A stretch of DNA of 63,395 bases, the filler included, from Deltaproteobacteria bacterium (GTDB taxonomy: Bacteria > JAUYMQ01): NCBI GenBank assembly GCA_030698575.1. It is 12 parts of 12 records of this genome, joined end to end, with 100 filler letters (N's around TTAATTAATTAA, not from the genome) between each part and the next. Parts side by side here need not be neighbours in the genome. Positions count along the whole stretch, not along the records: positions 28,171 to 38,780 come from JAUYMQ010000404.1; positions 38,881 to 49,464 come from JAUYMQ010000413.1; positions 49,565 to 52,694 come from JAUYMQ010000424.1; 9 more parts are not named here. One strand, written 5' to 3'. Under the pieces are notes generated by a model. It searched no databases. It was not told where the DNA came from and saw nothing but the letters and a program-made list of their open reading frames with translations. Position 1 is the first letter of the stretch, and each line of letters begins with the position of its first letter. Positions 31,454 to 50,216 of the stretch are shown piece after piece. Both the position numbers and the translations under genes were made by a program.

Positions 31454-31537
31454 GAAAATTCCTTTTGCGCTGGAGTATTTCAGGTGATATAGTGCGGCCC
31501 GAATCTAATGGAAGCCGGGTAGTGCCGCAATGGTTGG

Positions 31538-31554
31538 TGCCTAAAATCTAGGCA
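31538..31554. promoter_or_regulatory. putative NtrC-type binding site
   Basis: TGCCTA-AAATC-TAGGCA, a 17-bp TGC-N11-GCA palindrome upstream of dusB-ntrB-ntrC. Confidence 0.55.
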
Positions 31555-31943
31555 AGGGGGCGACCGCGGCACCCCGGAGTTAGCCAAAAATCCTTGCAGG
31601 GGCCGGAAAAAACAGACAACCGGCCCCTTAATCCCCCTCCCTTTCCAGTCAAATCCAGTCCTTTTTCAAAGGGTGCCGGGCAGTCCCGGGGCGCCCTGCC
31701 GGCCATTCGCCCGCCTGGAAGCGCTTCCTGCCGGGCCTCGTGACTGGTGAGGAGAAAGGCCGGGGCTAAAAGGGAAACATTCGGGGGCGCGACGCAATTT
31801 TGGGTCAGATTTCTACTTTTCTGATTGACCCTGGGTGTCGATGAAAAGCATGATGGCACGCCCACCGGAAGGGCCCCCGCGGCCGAGCCTGATACCCCCT
31901 TGATCCCCTTGTTTTTTCGTGGGGTTCTCGCGGGTTTCTAGCG

Positions 31944-33413
31944 ATGAGGAGATACCGACAGGTGAAACTCCTGAAGGCACTGCCGGGCACGATGGCGCTG
32001 GTATGCGTGGCGCTCCTCGGCACGGGATGCGCGTCGCTCTCCGGGGACAAGGCCGCCTCCGATGCGTCGGCCTACCTCTCCCAGGAAGGCATGGAAGACG
32101 GATGGGCCGCCGTGGCGTCGGGCGACGGTGGACCGGACGTAAAGCCCTTCGGGGACAGCGACGGCGAAAAGGCCCGCTTATACTTCCATCGTCGTGGCGG
32201 ACGGCGCGTGGCTCCCGCCCCGTCGCGGCTCGAGGATCCCTCGAAGCTGTTTCCCGCCGAGGTCAACAAGCAGGTCGACGATTACGTCCAGTACTTCACG
32301 AAGAGCGGGCGAAAGCATTTCTCGCGCTGGCTGAGCCGCTCACCGCGCTATCTCCCGATGATGAAGGCGACCTTCGCCGAGCACCAGCTCCCGCCCGATC
32401 TTGTCTATCTCTCGATGATTGAATCGGGGCTGAACCCCTTCGCGGCCTCGCACGCGAGCGCGGTGGGGCTGTGGCAGTTCATCTCGGGAACCGGGCGCCG
32501 CTATGAGCTGCGCATCGATCGTTACGTGGACGAGCGGCGGGACCCGGAGAAGGCCACCCGCGCGGCGGCGCGCTACCTGAAGGATCTCTACGAGATGTTC
32601 GGATCCTGGGATCTGGCGCTGGCGAGCTACAACGCCGGCGAGGGGAAGATCGGCCGGGGTGTTCGCCGTTACTCCACGGAGAACTTCTGGGAGATCCGCA
32701 AGACCAGCTACCTGAGAAGCGAGACGAAGAATTACGTTCCCCAGTACCTCGCGACGCTCATCATTGCGAAGAATCCCGCGAAGTACGGTTTCGTCGATAT
32801 CGTGTACGAGCGGCCCGTCCAGTACGAGTTCGTTCCCGTGGGAGGCGGCGTCTCGCTTAATTCCGTCGCGAGTGTCGCCGGTGTTTCCCGCGAAGAGATG
32901 AGACTTCTGAATCCTGAGCTGCTTCGCTCGATCACGCCTCCGGGCAGGGATTACATGCTCAAAGTGCCAAGGGGCTCGGGGAAGCGAGTCAAGTCTCAGC
33001 TCGCGTCAATCCGGAATAACAGCCACGCGGAGAGCCGCCAGGTGGCGAGCGGCGGCGACCATCGCGTGCGGCGCGGCGAAACGCTATCGACCATCGCCAG
33101 GCGTTACGGCACGACCGCGAGGGCGGTGGCCAGCGCGAATAACATGCGCACCTCCGATGTGCTGATGGTCGGCACGGCGCTCGACATTCCGGGATCGAGC
33201 AAGCGCTCGGCCAGCAGAAGTGGCGACGACACGGTCTATGTGGTGCGGTCCGGCGATACGCTCTCCACCATCTCCGCGCGCTTTGACACGACGGTTGGCG
33301 ACCTCATGCGGCGGAACAACCTCCGCACCTCCCGCATTTCGATCGGCAAGCGGCTCGTCATTCCCGCTTCCACCAGCCAGACGATCAGGGGACGATCCGA
33401 CGGAGAAGCCTGA
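31944..33413 (+). CDS. mltD: lytic murein transglycosylase with LysM domains (MltD-like lipoprotein)
   Basis: MIESG, AVGLWQF, ASYNAGEG, ETKNYV; two clear C-terminal LysM repeats. Confidence 0.9.
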   Translation: MRRYRQVKLLKALPGTMALVCVALLGTGCASLSGDKAASDASAYLSQEGMEDGWAAVASGDGGPDVKPFGDSDGEKARLYFHRRGGRRVAPAPSRLEDPSKLFPAEVNKQVDDYVQYFTKSGRKHFSRWLSRSPRYLPMMKATFAEHQLPPDLVYLSMIESGLNPFAASHASAVGLWQFISGTGRRYELRIDRYVDERRDPEKATRAAARYLKDLYEMFGSWDLALASYNAGEGKIGRGVRRYSTENFWEIRKTSYLRSETKNYVPQYLATLIIAKNPAKYGFVDIVYERPVQYEFVPVGGGVSLNSVASVAGVSREEMRLLNPELLRSITPPGRDYMLKVPRGSGKRVKSQLASIRNNSHAESRQVASGGDHRVRRGETLSTIARRYGTTARAVASANNMRTSDVLMVGTALDIPGSSKRSASRSGDDTVYVVRSGDTLSTISARFDTTVGDLMRRNNLRTSRISIGKRLVIPASTSQTIRGRSDGEA

Positions 33414-33566
33414 GGGACCGGCGGGCAGGGGCGCCCGCCTGATCCCGGGACTCGCACTCGAGGATGATACGGCCTGGCACTCGCTGCCGGGCCGTTCGCT
33501 TTGGGGCTGTGCTATGATCCGACGGTCGGCGGCCCTGCCGCACGTCGAGTTATACGGAGAGTCCAC

Positions 33567-34814
33567 TTGAAGCAGTCGATCAGTGTCGACGAGGCACGCG
33601 AGATTATTCTCGGTGCCGTGAGCCCGATGGGAAGCGAGAAAGTGCCCCTTCAGGAGGGGCTCGGCCGCGTGCTCGCTGAAACGGTGTCTGCTCCCTGGGA
33701 CGTTCCCCCGCTGGACAACTCCGCCATGGATGGCTACGCCGTGAAGGCCGCCGACGTCGCGGCCGCCACACGCCAGAGCGCAGTACGTCTGGCCGTCCTC
33801 GAGGACATTCCCGCCGGAAGGCTCCCCACCCGGGCAGTGAAGACCGGCACCGCCTCGCGCATCATGACCGGAGCAGCGCTTCCCGCCGGGGCGGACGCGG
33901 TCGTCCGGGTCGAGGACACCGAGAAGAGCGGCGGCGAGGTGCTGGTTCTGGTTCCCGTGGAGCCGGGCCTGAACATCCGCCGCGCGGGGGAGGACGTCAC
34001 CGCGGGCCAGAAGGTGATCGAGGCGGGCACGCCGCTCACAGCCGCTGCGCTCGGCATGCTGGCGAGCCTCGGGCGTGCGGCGATCGAGGTGACACAGCGG
34101 CCGCGCGTGGCGATTCTTTCCACCGGCGACGAGCTGGTCGATGTGGACGGCGATCGAAGCGGTGGAAAGATCATCGCCTCCAACACCTACAGCCTCTCGG
34201 CGCAAGCGCGGGAGGCGGGGGCTGTTCCTTTGACGCTCCCCATCGCGCCGGACCGCCCGGAGATCATCGAGGCGCGGTTCCGCGAGGCGATGCACGCCGA
34301 CGTGATCCTCTCGTCGGGCGGTGTATCGGTGGGCGATTTCGACTTCGTCAAGGATGTGCTGAGGCGGCTCGGCAGCGAGATGAAGTTCTGGCGCGTCGCC
34401 ATGAAGCCCGGGCACCCTCTGGCCTTCGGCATTCTCGGGGGGAAGCCCGTCTTCGGCCTCCCCGGAAACCCGGTTTCCTGCATGGTCTCTTTCGAGCAAT
34501 TCGTGCGGCCGGCGCTCCTGAAGATGATGGGGCACCACGATCTTTTCCGCCCCGTGGTGCGCGCCCGGCTCCGCGAGGCGCTTCGCCAGAAGCCGGGGCG
34601 CCGCACCTTCGTCCGCGCTGTTGTGAGTCGCGATGGAGACTCGCTGTCGGTGGCATCCACCGGCAGTCAGAGTTCGGGTGTCCTTCTGTCGATGCTGCGC
34701 GCGAACGGGCTCATCATCTTCCCCGAGGATCGGGCGGAGCTTCCGGAGGGCGCGGAGGTGGAGGTGCAAATCATCGATCCGGCCTTCTGGTCCCAGTCCG
34801 GACCCGGCGCCTGA
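33567..34814 (+). CDS. moeA: molybdopterin molybdotransferase
   Basis: NSAMDGYA, STGDEL, SGGVSVGDFD, GLPGNPVS. Confidence 0.94.
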   Translation: MKQSISVDEAREIILGAVSPMGSEKVPLQEGLGRVLAETVSAPWDVPPLDNSAMDGYAVKAADVAAATRQSAVRLAVLEDIPAGRLPTRAVKTGTASRIMTGAALPAGADAVVRVEDTEKSGGEVLVLVPVEPGLNIRRAGEDVTAGQKVIEAGTPLTAAALGMLASLGRAAIEVTQRPRVAILSTGDELVDVDGDRSGGKIIASNTYSLSAQAREAGAVPLTLPIAPDRPEIIEARFREAMHADVILSSGGVSVGDFDFVKDVLRRLGSEMKFWRVAMKPGHPLAFGILGGKPVFGLPGNPVSCMVSFEQFVRPALLKMMGHHDLFRPVVRARLREALRQKPGRRTFVRAVVSRDGDSLSVASTGSQSSGVLLSMLRANGLIIFPEDRAELPEGAEVEVQIIDPAFWSQSGPGA

Positions 34815-34815
34815 C

Positions 34816-35334
34816 ATGGACAGGTCGCCGCCGATCGTCTGTTTCGTGGGGCGCTCCGGGAGCGGCAAGACGACGCTCCTCGTCGAGGTCATCCGTGAGC
34901 TTGGCGCCAGGGGCTACCGGGTCGCCTCGGTGAAGCACGACGTCCACGGCGCGACGCTGGACACCGAGGGGAAAGATTCATGGCGGCACAAGGAGGCGGG
35001 CGCGGAGACGGTTGTGCTGGTCGCGCCGGGCCGGCTTGTCAGCGTGTCGGATTGCGCGTCTGAGCCATCGCTTCCAGCGATCGGCAGTCGTTTTGCGGCG
35101 GATGCCGACATTCTGATCGTGGAGGGTTTCAAGCGGGCGCCCGAGCCGAAGATCGAGGTGGCCCGGGCGGGTTTGGCGCGGGAGCTCCTCCTGGGCGCCG
35201 AGGACGGGCTCATCGCCGTCGCCACCGACTTCGCGGTCGAGGCCGGCGTGCCCCGTCTCGATCTGAACGCCCCCGAGGCCGTGGCCGACTTCATTGAGTC
35301 CAGATTTCTTCCGCTTCGAGGAGCGCGCGCATGA
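34816..35334 (+). CDS. mobB: molybdopterin-guanine dinucleotide biosynthesis protein B
   Basis: GRSGSGKTT, VKHDVH, GKDSWRH, VEGFK. Confidence 0.92.
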   Translation: MDRSPPIVCFVGRSGSGKTTLLVEVIRELGARGYRVASVKHDVHGATLDTEGKDSWRHKEAGAETVVLVAPGRLVSVSDCASEPSLPAIGSRFAADADILIVEGFKRAPEPKIEVARAGLARELLLGAEDGLIAVATDFAVEAGVPRLDLNAPEAVADFIESRFLPLRGARA

Positions 35335-35978
35335 GCAGTTCGGCACGGCGCACGGCTGCCTGCGGGGAAACCGCCGGCGCCATCCTGGCCGGCGGGAGGA
35401 GTCGCCGGATGGGGCGGGCCAAGGCCTTCATCGAGCTTGGGGGGCGGCCGCTCATCATGCGCGTCATCGAGGTGCTGCGTGAACTCTTCCCCGAAGTTTT
35501 CATCGTGAGCACCGACGCGGCGCCCTTTGCGGGGCTCGGCCTGCCGGTGATCCCCGACCTCTATGCCCACGGCGGCCCGCTCGCGGGCGCGCACGCGGCC
35601 CTGTCGGCGACGGAGCGGTCGCAGGTGCTCGTCGTGGGGTGTGACATGCCCTTCCTTAGTCCGGCGATGCTCGCCCATTTGGCGGGCCGGGCGGAGGGGC
35701 GGGGGGCTGCCGTGCCGCGGGGCCCCGACGGGCTGCACCCGCTCCACGCGGTCTACTCGAAGCACGCGCTCGATCCAATTGGTGCGGCCCTGTCGGGTGG
35801 CGTGCTGAAGTTCAGCGACGCGCTTTCCTCCCTCGATGTAGCGGAAATTGGCGAGGATGAGCTGCGCCGGTTTGATCCCGATCTCCGTTCGCTCTTCAAC
35901 GTCAACCGGCCCGAGGATCTGGCGCGCGCCGAAATGATGATTGCCGCGGATCGAACCCCGGCGTCACCGGCAGGATGA
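35331..35978 (+). CDS. mobA: molybdenum cofactor guanylyltransferase
   Basis: LAGGRSRRMG, GPLAG, CDMPF, FNVNRPEDL. Confidence 0.92.
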   Translation: MSSSARRTAACGETAGAILAGGRSRRMGRAKAFIELGGRPLIMRVIEVLRELFPEVFIVSTDAAPFAGLGLPVIPDLYAHGGPLAGAHAALSATERSQVLVVGCDMPFLSPAMLAHLAGRAEGRGAAVPRGPDGLHPLHAVYSKHALDPIGAALSGGVLKFSDALSSLDVAEIGEDELRRFDPDLRSLFNVNRPEDLARAEMMIAADRTPASPAG

Positions 35979-35984
35979 GGCGGC

Positions 35985-37190
35985 ATGCCCGGCGAGAAAC
36001 CCTACGAAGTGGTGATCAGCGGCTCCGGCCCGGCCGGTGCGGGCCTGGCGCTGGCGCTCACGGCCCGCGAGCCGGCGCTCGCCGGGCGGATTCTTGTGCT
36101 TGAGGCGTCCAGCCACCCCCGTGAGAAGATCTGCGCCGGCGGAATCACGGCGGACGGCGTGCGGCAGCTTTCAGCCTGGGGCGCGCCCATCGAGGTCCCC
36201 GCCGTCCCGATCAAGGGGGTGCGGCTGCGCTTCGGCGATCGCTGGAGCGACATCCCGGCGCCGGAAAGCGGGGCGGTGGTGGTGCGGCGCGACGTTTTCG
36301 ACGCTTCGCTCGTCCGCGCGGTGCGCGATCGGGGGGTCGAGGTCCGCGAGGAAACGCCGCTGCTCGATCTGCGGCGGGACGCCAGCGGTGTCGAGGTGGC
36401 GATCCCGGGCGGAAGCGTGCGCGCGCGGTGCGTGGTCGGTGCCGACGGCGTGGCGGGCGGAGTGCGGCGGGCGTTGCGATTTCCGCAGGGCCGCCGGCAC
36501 GTCCGCCTGATCGTGGCCGAGACTTTCGATCAGACGGAGCCGGCAGAAAGCGAGGGGTTGTTCGCCTTCGACTTCTCCTGCGTGGCGCGGGGGGTGCAGG
36601 GGTACGTCTGGGATTTCCCCTGCGTGATCGACGGCCGGCGCGCGATGAGCCGTGGAATCTTCGATCGCGCCCCGGACGGCGTGCGGCGGCGTGACTGGAA
36701 GGGGGAGTTCGCCCGGGCGCTGGCCGAGCGCGGCGTGCCCCCGGACTCGGTGATCTGGAAAGGGTTCCCGGAGCGGGCCTTCGACCCGAGGCTTCCGATC
36801 TCCATGCCGCGCGCCCTGCTTGTGGGGGACGCGGCCGGCATAGACCCGCTCATGGGAGAAGGGATTGCCCAGAGCTTCGTTTACGCTGAGCTGGCCGCCG
36901 AGACGCTCCTGCGCGCGGGCCGGCGGAACGACTACCGTTTCCGCGAATACCACCGAAAATTGCTTCGCTCGCCCCTCGGGCGCGAGCTGCGCCTCACGGC
37001 GCGCTCGGCCGACACCCTTTACAGCGCGCGGCACTTCCCCTTCTGGATCTCCCTCCTCTTCGAGAGCGCGTCCGTCCGGAAGGTGGTGGGCGAAGCGTTG
37101 GCGGAAGGCGGGGGCCTCTCGCAGCGGCTCGGGCGCATCACGATGGCCGCCCTCGGACGGCTGATCACCCGCGGCTGGCAGAGGGCGTAG
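35985..37190 (+). CDS. FAD-dependent oxidoreductase (geranylgeranyl reductase-like)
   Basis: GSGPAG, PREKICAGG, VGADG, LLVGDAAGIDPLMGEGI. Confidence 0.85.
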   Translation: MPGEKPYEVVISGSGPAGAGLALALTAREPALAGRILVLEASSHPREKICAGGITADGVRQLSAWGAPIEVPAVPIKGVRLRFGDRWSDIPAPESGAVVVRRDVFDASLVRAVRDRGVEVREETPLLDLRRDASGVEVAIPGGSVRARCVVGADGVAGGVRRALRFPQGRRHVRLIVAETFDQTEPAESEGLFAFDFSCVARGVQGYVWDFPCVIDGRRAMSRGIFDRAPDGVRRRDWKGEFARALAERGVPPDSVIWKGFPERAFDPRLPISMPRALLVGDAAGIDPLMGEGIAQSFVYAELAAETLLRAGRRNDYRFREYHRKLLRSPLGRELRLTARSADTLYSARHFPFWISLLFESASVRKVVGEALAEGGGLSQRLGRITMAALGRLITRGWQRA

Positions 37191-37193
37191 CGG

Positions 37194-37700
37194 CTATACA
37201 CACTTCCCCGCTCGCACCTTCTCGATAAGACTGCTCGTCCGTGCCCCGGGAATGTCGGGCAGCACCACCACGCGCCCGCCCCGCGCCTCGACCTCCTCCC
37301 GCCCGATCACGGTCTCGGGTGTCCAGTCGCCGCCCTTCACCAGCACTTCCGGCTCGAGTGCGAGGACGACCTTTCGCGGATCGGGCTCGTCAAAGACCAC
37401 CACGTAATCAACGCAGGTGAGCGCCGAGAGCAGTTCAGCTCGCTCGTCCTCGGGAATGACTGGCCGATCCGGGCCCTTCAACTTGCGAACCGAGGCGTCG
37501 CTGTTGAGCGCGAGCACCAGCACGTCGCCGAGCGCCCGGGCGGCCTGGAGCGTGCGGACGTGCCCCACGTGCAGCAGATCGAAGCAGCCGTTCGTGAGAA
37601 CGATGCGCGCGCCTTCCGACCTGCGCCGCCGGATCTCCTTCGCCAGCGCATCGAGCGGCCAGGCGCCCTCCCGGGAAGTCGCGCCGCGGTCGTCTCCCAT
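37194..37700 (-). CDS. rfaE2: D-glycero-beta-D-manno-heptose 1-phosphate adenylyltransferase
   Basis: TNGCFDLLHVGH, NSDASVRKLKG, LVKGGDW. Confidence 0.92.
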   Translation of the reverse strand: MGDDRGATSREGAWPLDALAKEIRRRRSEGARIVLTNGCFDLLHVGHVRTLQAARALGDVLVLALNSDASVRKLKGPDRPVIPEDERAELLSALTCVDYVVVFDEPDPRKVVLALEPEVLVKGGDWTPETVIGREEVEARGGRVVVLPDIPGARTSSLIEKVRAGKCV

Positions 37701-38780
37701 CACGCCTCCGCCCGGATGCAGGTCGCGACCACTTCCACGTGGTATGTCTGCGGAAACAGATCCAGCGCCTTCACTTCCGCCACCCGGTACCCCTCGCCGG
37801 TGAGCTTGCGGAGATCCCGCGCGAGAGTGGCCGGATCACAGGCCACATAGACGATGCGCTCGGGGTTCATCGCCGTGAGGCCCGGGAGCGCCTCCGCCGC
37901 GCCGCCTCGCGGTGGATCGAGGAGCACGGCATCGACGGGAGCCACACGGCGGAAGGCGCGCTCGACGGGCAGGGCGAGCACATGCGCACCGGAGCCGGCG
38001 CGCGCCAGATTCTCGCGGAGATCGTGTGTAGCCTGGGGATCTCCCTCGACGGCGGTGAGCTCGCCGCAGAGGGCCGAGAGCGGCACCGTGAAGTTGCCCG
38101 ATCCCGCGTAGAGCTCCAGCAGCCGGCGCGGCGGCGGCGCGCCGAGCGCCTCGATGACCGTTCGCACGAGGAGCTGGTTCGCTTCCCACCCGGCCTGGGC
38201 GAAGGACCAGGCGCGCTGGCGCAGCGTGTAGGGCGCGCCGGGAAGCGTCCCGGCAGAAACCTGGTGGGAGATGGTGACGTCTCCCCACTGGCCGATCAGC
38301 CGATCAAAGGAGCCAAGCACGGCCACACCCTGGAGGCCATCGGATCGGACGGCGGCCGCTGCCACCTTTTCGAGCTGCGCGCGGGTGCCGCGGGGCGCGC
38401 GACGGCTCATGCGGAACGCCGCCACACCGGGGCCGTCCTCGCTCCCCACGGCCAGCTCGATCTCGGCGACACCCGGAGGCGCCCCGGCGTCGGCCAGCGC
38501 GGCGCTCAGCGCTGCGTGCGCGCGGCGGAGCCCGTTGGACATCTGGATGCAGTCGGGAATGTCGACGACCGCCTGCGACCCGGGCGCATGGAAGCCGAGG
38601 ATGACCTCGCCGTCCGCCTGGCGAAGCTGCAGCCGCGCCCGGCGCCGGTAGCCCAGGCAGGGACCCGCCACCAGCAGCGGCGGGACGGTGATGTCCTCGA
38701 TGCCGCCAATGCGCCGCAGCGCGTCCTCGACGGCCTGCCGTTTCGCCGCGCGCTGTGACGTCTCGGCGACGTGCTGCCAC
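37700..38780 (-). CDS. rlmD: 23S rRNA m5U methyltransferase (RlmD/TrmA family), 5'-partial
   Basis: WQH, ELYAGSGNF, LDPPRGG, YVACDPATLARD, DLFPQTYHVE. Confidence 0.88.
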
Positions 38781-38934
38781 NNNNNNNNNNNNNNNNNNNN
38801 NNNNNNNNNNNNNNNNNNNNNNNNTTAATTAATTAANNNNNNNNNNNNNNNNNNNNNNNNNNNNNNNNNNNNNNNNNNNNGGACGGCCCTGCGCGAGAGC
38901 GTGTGGACCGCCCCGGAGAGCGACGCCCCGTAAT

Positions 38935-38990
38935 CAGTCCCGGGATGAGGCAAGGCCGCTGGCGGCCCCGGGACGGCCTACCGAGACGGA
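38935..38990 (+). promoter_or_regulatory. possible L10 ribosomal protein leader
   Basis: Position upstream of rplJ; GCCTACCGAGAC resembles the 3' side of the L10 leader. Confidence 0.3.
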
Positions 38991-39109
38991 GCACGCGCAG
39001 GGCGCGAGAGCATGGCTCCCCGCCCCGCCTTTTCCCTCTCGAACGCCTTTGGCGAAGCTGCCTGGGCCAAGCACTGGGGGATCGTGGCGGGAATTCACGG
39101 GAGGAGAAA

Positions 39110-39676
39110 GTGCTAAAGCGCGAAGCGAAGGAAGCACTGGTCGGAAAGATTCACGACAAGCTGATGTCGGCGCAGGCCGTTTTCCTCGTCGACTACCGCG
39201 GGCTCAAGGTGTCGGAGATCAACGTGCTCCGGCAGAAGCTTCGCGAGGTCAGCAGCGAGCTTGAAGTCGTCAAGAACACGCTGCTCCGGCGGGCCGCCTC
39301 AGGCACGCCGGCCGATGCCCTCGCGGATCACTTCAGCGGGCCCATGGCGCTCAGCGTGAGCCAGTCCGACGTAGTGGCCCCCGCGAAAGTGCTCACGACG
39401 TTCAGCAAGGAGGTTCCGGTATTCGAGATCAAGGCGGGCCTGCTCGACGGCCGCGTCCTTGATGTCGCCGAGATCAAGAAGCTCGCCTCCTTGCCAAGCC
39501 TTCCGGAACTGCGGGCGATAATCCTCGGGACGCTTCAGGCGCCAGCCGGGAGCCTCCTCAGGGTCATCGCTGCGCCTGGTAACCAGATCGCCCGGGCCGT
39601 CGCGCTTCGCAAGGAGCAGCTGGCGGCAACGGGGGACGGAGCCGCAGCGGAGGCAGAAGCGCCGGCGTCAGCCTGA
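39110..39676 (+). CDS. rplJ: 50S ribosomal protein L10
   Basis: VDYRGLKV, VVKNTL, LASLPS; GGAGG before the GTG. Confidence 0.94.
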   Translation: MLKREAKEALVGKIHDKLMSAQAVFLVDYRGLKVSEINVLRQKLREVSSELEVVKNTLLRRAASGTPADALADHFSGPMALSVSQSDVVAPAKVLTTFSKEVPVFEIKAGLLDGRVLDVAEIKKLASLPSLPELRAIILGTLQAPAGSLLRVIAAPGNQIARAVALRKEQLAATGDGAAAEAEAPASA

Positions 39677-39769
39677 GCCGGAAGTTCAGGAACCTGGAAT
39701 TCATTCCGGCTCGAGCCGGACAGCAACCGCCTCCCCGCTTGTTGCGGGGAGGGTGGAGGAGACAGACCG

Positions 39770-40150
39770 ATGGCCGACCTTAGCAAGATTGCCGATTCGC
39801 TGGATACACTGACGCTCCTCGAGGCCTCCGAGCTTGTCAAAATGCTCGAGGAGAAGTGGGGCGTTTCCGCCGCCGCGCCGGTTGCCGTTGCCGCGGCGGG
39901 TGGCGCCGCCGGTGGCGCCGCTGCCGCCGAGGAGGAGAAGACCGAGTTCGACGCCATCCTCACGGGCGCGGGAGAAAAGAAGATCCAGGTCATCAAGGAA
40001 GTGCGCGCGATCACGGGCCTCGGCCTCAAGGAGGCCAAGGATTTGGTCGAGGGCGCGCCCAAGGCGATCAAGACCGGCGTCAGCAAGGACGAGGCCGCCG
40101 CGATCAAGAAGCAGGTGGAGGCAGCGGGCGGCACCGTCGAGGTGAAGTAG
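39770..40150 (+). CDS. rplL: 50S ribosomal protein L7/L12
   Basis: [25 protein letters not shown]. Confidence 0.97.
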   Translation: MADLSKIADSLDTLTLLEASELVKMLEEKWGVSAAAPVAVAAAGGAAGGAAAAEEEKTEFDAILTGAGEKKIQVIKEVRAITGLGLKEAKDLVEGAPKAIKTGVSKDEAAAIKKQVEAAGGTVEVK

Positions 40151-40395
40151 GGCGTCCCGCGGCCCGGCCGCCCCAGGAGTCACGGCGGGCGGGTCGAGGG
40201 CGGCAGCCCGACCGAGAGGGGGTGGTCACCACGCGATCGTGGCGGGGAGGAAACAGTCCCCCGCCGGCATCAACGCGCGACGCGCCTTGAACGGCGGCGT
40301 GCGCGTGACGTAGCGGCGCCCTCCTAAGTGCGGGGCGCCGACCCGGGGCGAGACGATATCCCGGAAGACAATCCATCCGAGAGGTAAACCACACG

Positions 40396-44859
<4,464 letters not shown>

Positions 44860-44873
44860 AAAAGGAGAAGGCC

Positions 44874-49262
<4,389 letters not shown>

Positions 49263-49564
49263 AGCACAAGCAGCCGTAATATAAAGCGCTTTCGGGTTTT
49301 CATCGCGCGGCCCGGACGGGAGAGCGGACAGACGGGGCCGGTTCAGACTGACTTGGCCCCGCTCCCCGTGGCCACCCGCACTTCAGGGGCTGCGCAGATC
49401 CCCTCCGTCGCGCCGCGTCACGCTGCAAGAGGTTGAAAAACCTCAAAAAACCGGTTGACATTTGNNNNNNNNNNNNNNNNNNNNNNNNNNNNNNNNNNNN
49501 NNNNNNNNTTAATTAATTAANNNNNNNNNNNNNNNNNNNNNNNNNNNNNNNNNNNNNNNNNNNN

Positions 49565-50120
49565 TTGGATCGGAAGCCGCGGTAACCGTAGCGATTGTTA
49601 ACGAAGCAACAACGGAAGGTGTAGGCCCTGCGATGGTGACGTTGTTGAGAGCACTCAAAAGAGGGGGTATAGGCACTGAGCCCTGAAGAAGACGGATGAC
49701 TACGCTTTCCTCGTTAGTGGTTCCAACGTCTTCCAGAGCACGCAGGAATGTCTCGTAGGGTAGCACCAGTGTCCCGTCGCCCGCAGTGTCACTACCTACG
49801 ACAGGATCAACATAGAGCATCGTGACGAGTCCCAGTTTAGGATCTACCACGGCAGTGCCCAGGTTCGTCTTGTTTACCAGTCGGCGTGCCCCTCCGGCCG
49901 TCGTCTGAACGAGCCAGTCGGCGTTCGTAAGCCCCCCTCCTAGTTGGTAGGTCGTATCATCCGCGATGACATAAACCCACATGTTGTCAACTCTATCTGC
50001 CGCTACGATCGCATCGCGATCCGCGATTGTAGCAACAACATTGAACGCCCCAGGGATCTCCGAGCTATTCCGCCACTGGGCCGCTCCAGGAAGGATGTCG
50101 GTCGTTAGTACGTTAGGCAA
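49565..50120 (-). CDS. phage tail/fibre-like hypothetical protein, partial
   Basis: RDAI..RVDNMWVYVIADDTTYQLGGGLTNADW and LYVDPVVGSDTAGDGT..PYETF; TTG start after GGAGG. Confidence 0.55.
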
Positions 50121-50216
50121 TTCGACCTCCGGTAACATCTAACAGCCGGAAACGGGAGGGCGCGCCACGGGCGAGAAAGCGAGTGCTACAACATCTTCGA
50201 GGCCCGGCGTAAAAGC

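Noticed and set aside
31526-31543. Sigma54 promoter for dusB (minus strand GGCACCAACCATTGC)
   Set aside because: GG-to-GC spacing is 11 rather than the required 10
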